A DNA stretch of 64,000 bases from Eledone cirrhosa (Eukaryota): positions 323,392,001 to 323,456,000 of the forward strand of contig OZ024741.1 in NCBI GenBank assembly GCA_964016885.1. Direction: 5' to 3'. Under the pieces are notes generated by a model. It did no database searches. It was not told the DNA's origin and saw nothing but the letters and a program-made list of their open reading frames with translations. How positions within the stretch are numbered: position 1 is the first letter of the stretch; each line of letters begins with the position of its first letter. Below, piece after piece: positions 53,701 to 64,000 of this stretch. Made by a program: the position numbers and the translations under genes.

Positions 53701-54712
53701 GGTTAGGATTAGGGTTAGGATTAGGGTTAGGATTAGGGTTAGGGTTAGGGTTAGGGTTAGGGTTACGGTTAGTGTAAGGGTTAGGGTTAGAAAGTTATGT
53801 CGAGGCTTAGGGTTATGGTTATGGTTATGGTTATGGTTAGGGTTAGGGTTAGGCTTAGGGTTAGAGAGTAAGGGTTAGTAAGTTAGCGTTAGGGTTAGGG
53901 TTAGGGTAAGCGTTAGTGTTACGGTTAGGGTTAGTGTTAGGATATGGGTAAGGGTTAGGACTATGCTTAGGGTTAGGGTTAGGGATAGAAAGTTTGGGTT
54001 AGGGTCAGAAAGTTTGCTTTAGATTTAGAGTTAGGATTAGGATTAGAAATTAGTGTTAGATAGTTAGGGTTATGGTTAGGGTTACGGTTAGGGTGAGGGT
54101 TAGGGATAGGGTTAGGATTAGAAAGTTAGGGTTAAGGTTAAGGTTAGAAAGTTTTGGTTAGAGAGTTAGGGTTTGTGTTAGGGTTAGGGTTAGGGTTAGG
54201 GTTAGAAAGTTATGATTAGAAATTTTGGGTTAGGTTTAGGGTTAGTGTTAGCGTTAGGATTAGGGTTAGAATGTTACTATTAGGGTTAGGGTTAGGTTTA
54301 GTGTTAGAATGTTAGGGTTAGAAAGTTAGGGTTATGGTTAGTGTTAGGGTTAGGATTAGGATTTGGGTTTGGTTTAGGGTTAGTGTTAGGGTTAGGGTTA
54401 GAAAGTTAGGGTTAGAAATTTATTATTAGGATTAGGTTTAGGGTTAGGTTTATGGTTAGGGTTAGGGTTAGGGTTAGAAAGTTAGGGTTAGAAAGTTAGG
54501 TTTAGGGTTTAGGGTTAGGGTTAGTTTTATTGCTAGGTTTAGAAATTTAGTGTTACATAGTTAGGTTTAGGGTTAGGTTTAGGGTTAGGTTTAGGGTTAT
54601 GTTTATAGTTAGGGTTAGAGTTAGGGTTAGGGTTAGAAAGTTAGGGTTTGAAAGTTTGGGTTAGGGTTAGTGTTTGGATTAGTGTTAGGGTTAGAAAGTT
54701 TGAAAGTTTGGT
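47784..54712 (+). repeat. Interstitial telomeric array (TTAGGG)n with abundant TTAGAAAG and single-base variants
   Basis: Read directly from the sequence; non-telomeric sequence on both sides. Confidence 0.96.
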
Positions 54713-55026
54713 TTCTGATACTATATTTATCAACTTTTGATTTAACTTTCTATTTTAGTCAGTAATATTTTGTCAGATATCCCTTAGCTCAATGGATACG
54801 GTACTCTGTCAGTATCTGAAATTGAATCCTCGTGTTAATAGCTGACATATCCTTTTCCCTTCTATAAAGGTTTTTACCCGATTTTATAAGCTATTTTTAA
54901 CAACCGACTGTACTTGCAGATTTTTTTCTGCACATGATCTACTGCATTTTCTGTGAACTTTATATTTTCTTAGTGCTTTGTCAGTTCGAGCTTCGCATGT
55001 GAAGTTTGTACACACACATACATACA

Positions 55027-55121
<95 letters not shown>

Positions 55122-55122
55122 G

Positions 55123-55227
<105 letters not shown>

Positions 55228-55331
55228 ATCTTTATAACATTTACAAAAACGTTTGAATATGTTATAAAGATCCATTATATATATATATCAGATGCGCTTT
55301 TCAAACCCTTATATTATTATCATTTTCCTTA

Positions 55332-55640
55332 TATCTATCTATCTAAGGCGGGTAAAATTCCCGAGATCCATGGACGAGTTCTCTCCAGCGGTCTCTGTCC
55401 CTCATTATCGCTGCCATATCCTGCATCTCCAACAGACCAGTGTCTGTCCTTAGGGCATCAACATATGTTAACCTTGGTCTTCCTCTTCTAGTGTGTCCAT
55501 GTAGGGGCTCCCAAAGGAGCACTGAGTGCAATGTCAACTCTGGATGTCGGTGAGCATGTCCAGCCAACCTCAGTCTCCTCTGTGTCACTTTTGAGCTGAC
55601 TTTTGGGATGCTCCCATACAGCTCTGAGTTTTTCATCCTC
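55332..55640 (-). pseudogene. RTE-clade LINE 3' fragment with (TAGA)n tail
   Basis: RRLRLAGH, LLWEP.HG..RRGRP..TY.D.L and DRDRWR. Confidence 0.85.
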
Positions 55641-55673
55641 AGTGTATACTGATTTCCTTATATATATATATAT

Positions 55674-55750
55674 ATATTGTTACACTTTGGGAGGGTCATG
55701 TCGCCAATAATTCTTATTGGCAACATGACCCTCCAAAAGTGTAACAATAT
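55674..55750. repeat. Fold-back hairpin (37-bp arms, 3-nt loop) at the start of a ~135-bp insert in (TA)n
   Basis: ATATTGTTACACTTTGGGAGGGTCATGTCGCCAATAA-TTC-TTATTGGCAACATGACCCTCCAAAAGTGTAACAATAT. Confidence 0.9.
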
Positions 55751-55871
55751 CGGTTTCAACACACGATTTCAGATAAAGAATCTTGCTAAACAAATTCAGA
55801 AACGAAATATATATATATATATATATATATATCATCTTCGTTTAACGTCCATCTTCCACGCTAGCATAGGT

Positions 55872-55924
<53 letters not shown>

Positions 55925-56117
55925 GAGTTAAACAAGATTCAATGAGTACATCAAAGAATGAGTTTTACAGTAGATTGGAAGCACTCTACAAGAAAAATAT
56001 TTTCCAGAGTTATTAATATTAAAATACAAATATTAATAAAATAGATGTTCTTTTGATAAATTAAATTTTATTATACATATTTCAGTGGTACAACAGTACG
56101 TCCTCATCACACAAAAT

Positions 56118-56298
56118 ATAATTGTTTCTACTTTAGGAACAAGGCCAGCAATTACCCAAATGCATTACTGGTACTTTATTTTATCGACCCCGTAAGGATG
56201 AAAGGCAAAGTCAACCTTGGCGGAATTTGAACTCAGATCGTAAAGGGACGTAACTATGCTGGAAAGCATGGCGTCCGACCCTCTACCGATACTGCCAT
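56118..56298 (-). mobile_element. tRNA-derived SINE copy
   Basis: Homologous to 19464-19663. Confidence 0.8.
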
Positions 56299-56321
56299 GA
56301 TACATGACATACCCTGAGATG

Positions 56322-56645
56322 TTAAACCAAATTACTATCTAGACAATTATTTTGCAGAGGGCAAGCAATTTTATTTCTACAATTACATTTTGGTTTATTA
56401 TCATTTATGTTAACGCTATTATTAAGATCATTATGCTGATTCTGCTTTAGAATTTTAGTGTTTAATTTAGCAATGTTTTGGGCCATATTCATAGTTGTAG
56501 AATAAGACAATTTAATGGTGTGTCTATTAAAAATGGAATGGTATTTATGTTGAGTAGGGAAAGAGGTGTCCAAAGCATTAAAGAATAATTTTGCAATTGG
56601 CGTTCTAACTGCTACCGAAACAGGGGGAGGGGGCGATTACATTTT
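56322..56645 (-). pseudogene. Penelope-like element internal fragment
   Basis: FPTQHKYHSIFNRHTIKLSYS...CNCRNKIACPLQNNC, homologous to 38945-39110. Confidence 0.8.
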
Positions 56646-57026
56646 AAGTGAATATTCAACAGCGTAAATTTTCCTTTCGCGGGCCAAGTAAATCCTTTAA
56701 CTTTGTTTTCATTAAATTCAGAATTTTAGAAATGTAACACTTTTAAAAAAATTTATTAAATTTATAAAATTAATAAATATAAATAACCATCAACTTTTAA
56801 AAACTCAAAATGTTGATTCTTCTCCCTTAAATAACATAAATTAAATATTTTGAAACTTAACCGTTTAATCCTTAAGGGGAAAACATTTTTTCTGCATAAA
56901 TTACTCCCCTTTATCTCTCCTTCTCTTTAAGTATCTATTAGTTGCATTCATAAACTGTAATAAAATTTTAATTCCAGAGATGTCTTCCTCGATAACCATA
57001 ATATATATATATATACATATACATAT

Positions 57027-57138
<112 letters not shown>

Positions 57139-57291
57139 CAACAGCAGCAGCAATTATGAAATTTAGCGTAAGAAGCGTAGTCTAGCGAAGAAATGTGGCA
57201 CTCAATTTGATGATACATGAATACAGACACACACACACGCACCCCCCCCCACACACGCACATACATACGCACAAACAGACATACATTCAAC

Positions 57292-57328
<37 letters not shown>

Positions 57329-57626
57329 ACCACATTCACATACATGATACACGTCTGTAAAGACTCACATACATACGTATAGCAAGAATCTGCATAAATA
57401 GACATTATTGCTGGCCTTGTGCCTAAAGTAGAAACAATTATATACATTACGTCATCTGTGGTTGAGCGTTGATATAACTGCCATTTTTCTGTATATTATA
57501 GAATATATGTGGTGAAGATTTGGATGAGAGGAGTCGATGGAATGTAGTGGATGATGTAATAAGGATGTAATGAGTGTTAAATACATAATTGGACATATCT
57601 GCGTACTAGAATTCTACAGAACATGG

Positions 57627-57676
<50 letters not shown>

Positions 57677-57677
<1 letters not shown>

Positions 57678-58230
57678 CGCGTATGGGACAAATACAGTTG
57701 ACTGCCGAGTCCATAGTAAGGATCAAACCGTCAGACTCTTTCAAAAACGAAAGAGAGGCGGTTTTCCTCTGTACGGTGGCTATGGTGAAAGAAGTTATAT
57801 GGTGGACGAGGTTGAGAGGACTGAGGACAGATGCCTTTCTCTCCGGACAACAATTGATTCCATTCTTTAAGTATCACTTTAGAAGGAGAATCAGGGTGGA
57901 GAGAGAGGCACTGCACCCCAGTAAATTTACTGAAAGGTGGGTGAATGAAGCGAAAATGGCCCGAGTGATTGGGCCTTCTCTGTTTATAAGCCTGTAGGTT
58001 GAGGAAGAGAGCAAAAGGAAGAAAGGAGCACTTGCACAACACGCTCCTTGAGTTGAGGGTTGTTCTATCGACGGGGTATTAAACAACCCATTTGTGGCGC
58101 CTCCCCCCTACTGGGGATTTCGATTGTTGAAATTGCTTGTTTTTATATTTTTTACACGACTGTATGTAAAATCCCCGGCATGTCTTTGTATTGTCCCCTT
58201 TCTTGTTGCGCCCTTGTGGCTAATAAAGAA
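57677..58230 (+). mobile_element. Tx1-like family A, 5'-truncated
   Basis: ORF2 end at 57997; (TATC)n on both flanks. Confidence 0.9.
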
Positions 58231-58318
<88 letters not shown>

Positions 58319-58327
58319 CTCTCTCTG

Positions 58328-59108
58328 TATTTGTGTGACAGGCCTTCCCGCAACTTACCCCGCTGACGGAGCTGCAGTCCTGGGTCAAGCGGAAACCGAA
58401 GAAGACGGGTGCCTGGCACATTGAATGCACTCAGGCGCTCACAGTCCTCTGTCAAGAGGGCACAGCAATCAGTGGAGACTCCACTTCGACATTCTATAGA
58501 GGGTTAGTACGTCACAAGGGAGACGACGTGCTCGGAGAGACTCGTTGAAGACGACGAACTCACCAGTCTGTTTGGTAGGACTTTCCGCCCGGGACCTATG
58601 GACAACTTCCAGAGGTCCCTGGCCTGGCAGTGCTACCGAGGAGCTCTACCAGTTCGAGACAAGATCTACAGGCACGGACGCCCCGGCAGAGTCCCTTCCA
58701 AGAGGACGTGTCCAAGATGCGAGCAGGACATTGAAACCGTCTTGCACGCAATTGTACACTGCCCGGGCGTAACCGACCTGTTGAACTACGCAGAACAACT
58801 GCTGTGGCGTATGGGACAAATCCAGTTGACTGGATTAAACCGCCAACTTCTTTCAAAAACGAAAGAGAGGCGGTTTTCCTCCGTATAGTGGCTATGGTGA
58901 AAGAGGGTATATGGTGGACGAGATTGAGAGGATTGAGGCCAGATGCCTTTCTCTTCGGTCAACAACTCATTCCCTTCTTTAGGCACCACTTTAGAGGAGA
59001 ATCAGAGTGGAGAGAGAGGCACTGCACCCCAGTAAATTTACTGAAAGGTGGATGAATGTATTAAAAATGGCCCGAGTTATTGGGCTTTTTCTGTATATAA
59101 ACCTGTAG
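58328..59108 (+). mobile_element. Tx1-like family A fragment ending at the ORF2 stop codon
   Basis: C-terminal ORF2 homology; follows (TATC)n; no 3' UTR. Confidence 0.85.
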
Positions 59109-62100
59109 GGAAATTGAAGCAACTTTGAAGGAGATATTGCCAAACATAGACTTTATGCAGAGGGCCAAACAGTATGGGAGTATTTCGGTGCACCTCAAAA
59201 ATATTCCGTGACACCGATACTATTAAAAAAATACATCTTTTTCCCTCCATACCTGGGAAAAAGGACTAAAAAAATTAAAATTACCAACATACCACCAAAT
59301 ATTAACATTTGGTGGATCCTGGCAGGATTCTTGGAACAAGGAGAGGATAACATCCTCTCCATCAAGAAGTCAACCAGACACACGTGGTCTGATACAAATT
59401 TGGAGATTCTGGTTCAAATGAGGCCGGATAGAATCTCCAAAATATCCGAAAGAGTGCTGGTCGACAAAAACAGCCACATCAACATTTCGACCGAAGCGGT
59501 AAGACCATACTGCTTCCGATGTAACAGTACATCGCATTTAAAGGCTTCCTGCCCTCTACAGACAAACTCAAAAACACAATCCCCAAAAAAACACGTTTAC
59601 CAACACAAACACGAAAACCACCACCACCACAACAACAACAACCCCACACAAAACAAGCAAACACACCAAAACAGACAGCCACTCAACCTACAACAGCAGA
59701 AAATACACAAACAACTCCCCAGAAGAACACGGCACCACCCCATCCCAACACAACCACAAACACACACACAAAAACACGATCACCACACAACATACCCCTA
59801 CCACAAGTTCCTGATGACGAATCATTGTCAGACGAGGCTACTTCTTCATCCCCAAGTGAAGATGAAGGACAACCTCGAAAATCAAAAAAACAAAAAAAAC
59901 AGGCACCGCAAAGCCACAAACCACCAACCACCAACACCAACACACAACCACAGACCCAAACAACATCACAAACAACACCACAATCACCCCCCTCCTACTA
60001 GCAAAACAAACACCAACACCACCCCAAACACAAGCACCCACCATAAAAAGAAAACTCCCGAACGAACAACAAACTAAAACAACACAACAAAAACACAAAC
60101 AACAATACGCATACATCAACACAAACAACAAGAGTTTGATGGAGGTCATCTCCCAAAACCCCAAGGTGGAGACGGAGGGCAAAACTTTCATCAAAGCAGA
60201 ATCGTCTCCACACCTAAATCTAATAAGGGTTTCGATCGAAACCTATCAGAAATTGAAAAAAACAGTTTTCGCAGGACGTGGGCAACTCCTGTCAAAAACC
60301 TATTAACCGCGACCTATTAAAATGTTACCCACCTCACCCAACACCCCCACCAGAACTGAAATGGAGATTGAACAACCCGATCTCCAGGAAACGAAAAGGT
60401 AAGTGCACCTTTTCGTCCTTTTCGCCAACTCTTTTCCACGAACATGGCTAGTTTACGAGTTGGAAGCGTGAATGTGCGTGGCCTAGGGATGCCCTGGAAA
60501 CAGGGCCAACTTTTGAACGACCTTCGGTCACACGGTATGGATGTGATAGCAATCACCGAGTCCAGGATCCACAACAGGCAGCAACTAACCCCCATCTTCG
60601 ACAAATTTGAGATCTACGCATCTCTCTGTCAACCAGGAGGTGGAGGAGGAGTGGCTGTCACGTTTCGGAAGAACATGGACATCGAAGTACAGCAAGTACA
60701 CTTGGACGCGGAGGGTAGACTGGTAGTCCTAGACGTGAACAGTATTGGAGGTGGAGCATTCAGACTGGTGGCCGTTTATGCCCCGACCGGGCAATCGCAA
60801 TCACGGCCAGACTTCTTTAAGCGTCAAGTTTTTACTGGGAACATCTCGCTCCTTACTTTTAGTGGGGGACTGGAATGGTATCCTAGATGCACGATGGGAC
60901 TATGTGGGAGCATGTCCCAGTAGAGGGGGGTGCAACAGCCGCAAAACTTTAATCGGCCAATTCCAACTGGCCGATAGGTATCGACTGGATTTCCCGACTG
61001 CACCACAGTGGACGTGGGCAAACCGCAGCGGGACATCTAGATCGTATTTAGATAGGTTCTTCATTAGAGAAAGGAACAAGGAGATGTTAAGTTGTCCACG
61101 AATGCACATGGTTGCCGACTCAGATCACAAGTTAGTCGTCTGCTTAGTCAACTGAGATAGAATACATAGACAGGGATCCGGATACTGGAAGCTGAACGTG
61201 TCGTTGCCGGCGCGTAAAATTTACAGTGAACGGATAAGTAGACTAGTCAAGCAACAGTTAACAGGATCCATCGTCAACAATAGATGGTGGTACTCTCTCA
61301 AGAAAGCAATTAGAGTAGAATCGATAGAGTTTAGCAGAGAGTTAGCCTTAGAGAAAAACAAAATAGAAAGAGAACTAGTAGCCAAGGTAGAGGAGGGACT
61401 TAGAAGTGGCAACGCGGCTAGAGTGTTAGCGTCGAGAACGGCACTTCGACGCGAAACACGAAGACTGCGTGGTCAGAAGCAAAACACGTGCTCTAGGAAA
61501 CGAAGGAGCGAAAGCTGTCAGCTGGGCCCGAGTGGCGGAGGCAAAACGTGGCAACAAGTCCACGATTCGGTCTTTGAAAGACCAAAACGGACGCGTGCTA
61601 CTTGACCCCAAGCAAATGTGCGCGGCCTTTCAGCAGCACTTTGTGCGACTGTTTGAGCAGAACGACGGTGAGCCGAACGGGGTAATGGACTTTAGTTCAT
61701 ACCTCGACGGCGTCCCGCGTCTCTCGAACACGGACGCCGAGTTCTGCGAAAGACCGATCACGGTCACTGAGATACGGGACGCTCTGGGTCGCTGAGGGAA
61801 ACGCAAGTTACCAGGTCTAGATAGTCTACCCTATGAGTTTTACATAGGCATGCCGGACTTGTTCTCTGGCGTACTCGAAGCCGTCTACTGCAATTGGCAG
61901 CAGAACGGGAGAATTCCCAGTTCTGCAGGCAAGGGCGTAGTAACGCTGATCAGGAAAGACGAGAACAAGGGGGACGAAATTAAGAACTTCAGGCCCATAA
62001 CTGCTCAACACAGAGTTAAAGATTTTGGCCAAGGTGCTAGAGACGAGGTTGGCGCTTGTCGTCGAGAACCTGGTAGGGAAAGCGCAAACGTGTGCAATCC

Positions 62101-63357
62101 CCACCAGGTCCATACACGAAAACCTCCACCTCATGCGATATATCATAGAGAGGGTGGGTAGTAAACCCGGCTTCGGTGGGGCTCTGTTCAATTTGGATCA
62201 GTCTAAGGCATTCGATAGGGTCGACCATCGATACTTGGAAGCGGTTCTCACGGTTTCGGTCCCGTTTTTAGAGGCTGGATCGAGGCGATGCACACCAGCA
62301 TCTGCTCGAGGGTCAAGGTGAACGGCTACCTATCGGAGCCGTTCGCAATCACGCGTTCCATTCGACAGGGGTGCCTTCTCTCCTCCATTCTGTGTGTATT
62401 GACTCTAGGGCCACTACTGCGGAAATTGGAGCTGTTGCAAGGCATCCCTCTAGAACCGGGACTGCGCAAAGCAACGTCGGCTTATGCCGACGACGTGACG
62501 TAAATAGTGTCGTGCACTTCGGAAATCGGGATGAGCGGTAACTTACTGAAAGAATACGAAACGGTGACGGGAGCAAAACTAAACACGGACAAGTCTATCG
62601 GTTTGCAACTGGGTACGTGGAGAGGCAAACCGATGACGTCCGACAGCGTCGTTGGACGCTGGACGGACGGACCGGTGAAATTGCTCGGGGTCTGTTTCGG
62701 TCCAGACCTCCAGGTGGAGAAAAACTGGAATGAGGTCACGGCAAAGGTGTTTGCGCTCACCCAGAAGTGGGCAGAGTGCAAACTGTCCTTGAAAGGTCGA
62801 GTGGAGGTGGCGAACACTTTCATAGCGTCCGTCATCTACTACCGCTTGACTGTCGTGCCTTGTCCCCGTGAACACCTCGCCAAGATGGAACGCATGCTCT
62901 TCCAGTTTCTGTGGAAGAAGCAGGCTCCGCTGGTGAGGAGATCCGCCTGCTGTCAGCACCCTTCCAACGGAGGGTTGTGGATGCCGTGGCTGATGATGTG
63001 CAAACATGCACTGCGGCTGCGGCATCTCCAGGTATTCCTCACCGACCCACAACCGGTGTGGGCCCCGTTTGTGAGACAGGCTTTCCCACAGCTCGTCTCA
63101 TTGACGGAGCTGCAGTCCTGGGTCAAGAAAAGACCGAAAACGATAGGTGCCTGGCACATTGAATGCGCTCAGGCGCTCACAGTCCTCTAGCAAGCGGGCG
63201 CAGCAATTAGTGGAGACTCCACTTCTACACTCTATAGAGGGATTGTACGTTACAAGGGCGACGACGTACTCGGAGAGACTCTGGGCGTCGAAGACGATGA
63301 GTTCACCAGTCTATTTGGTAGGACTTTCCGCCCGGGACCTATAGACAACTTCCAGAG
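59109..63357 (+). mobile_element. Tx1-like family A, truncated at both ends (partial ORF1; ORF2 from 60444, frameshifted)
   Basis: CFRC...H...C knuckle; MASLRVGSVNVRGL; EN and RT motifs. Confidence 0.9.
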
Positions 63358-64000
63358 GTGCGTGGCCTAGGGATGCCCTGGAAACAGGGCCAACATTTAA
63401 ACGACCTTAGTTACACGGTATAGATGTAATAGCCATCACTGAGTCCAGAGTCCACAACAGGCAGCAACTAACCCCCATCTTCAGTGACTTTGAAATCTAC
63501 GCATCTCTCTATCAGCCGGGAGGTGGAGGGGAGTGACTGTCATGTTTCGGAAAAACCTGCATCTCGAAGTACAGCTCTAGGAAACGAGGGAGCAAAAGTT
63601 GTTAGCTGGGCCCGAGTGGCGGAAGCGAAAAGTGGCAACAAGTCCACGATTCGGTCTTTGAAAGACCAAAACGGACGCGTTCTACTTGACCCCAGGCAGA
63701 TGTGCGAGGCCTTTCAGCGGCACTTTGCGCGACTGTTTGAGTAGAACGACTGTGCACCGAACGGGGCAATGGACTATGGTTCATACCTCGACGGCCTGCC
63801 GCGTCTCTCGAGCATGGATGGCGAGTTCTACGAAAGACTGATCACAGCCACTGAGATACGGGACGCTCCGGGCCATTGCGGGAAACGCAAATCACCCGGT
63901 CTAGATGGTCTACCCTATGAGTTTTACATAGGCATGCCGGACATTCTATAGAGGGTTAGTACTTTATAAGTGCGACGACGTGCTCGGGGAGGCTCTAGGC
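63358..64000 (+). mobile_element. Patchwork Tx1 family A copy with large internal deletions
   Basis: Restarts at the ORF2 5' end, then jumps forward near 63572 and 63942. Confidence 0.8.

Overview
Repeat-only eukaryotic DNA with no recognisable host gene. The (TTAGGG)n array, the SINE types and the very high microsatellite content suggest an invertebrate, probably a coleoid cephalopod such as Octopus (inference). The window is a field of microsatellites in which each repeat motif hosts its own retroelements. Tx1-like (L1 clade) family A sits in (TATC)n, and Tx1-like family B plus a tRNA-derived SINE with a matching 3' tail sit in (AAT)n. R4/Dong-like RLE elements and a bipartite non-autonomous RTE derivative sit in (TATG)n. 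Short Penelope-type termini sit in (TA)n; they carry at least seven recognisable type I hammerhead ribozyme motifs, fold-back junctions and a shared TGAGYRCTC box. The window also has a 4.9 kb 34-bp minisatellite, a 6.9 kb interstitial TTAGGG/TTAGAAAG array whose left junction looks like telomerase healing, and several MITEs. All four Tx1 inter-ORF regions keep a perfect AG|GTAAGT splice-donor motif. All calls were made by eye, so boundaries are approximate to about 10-20 bp.
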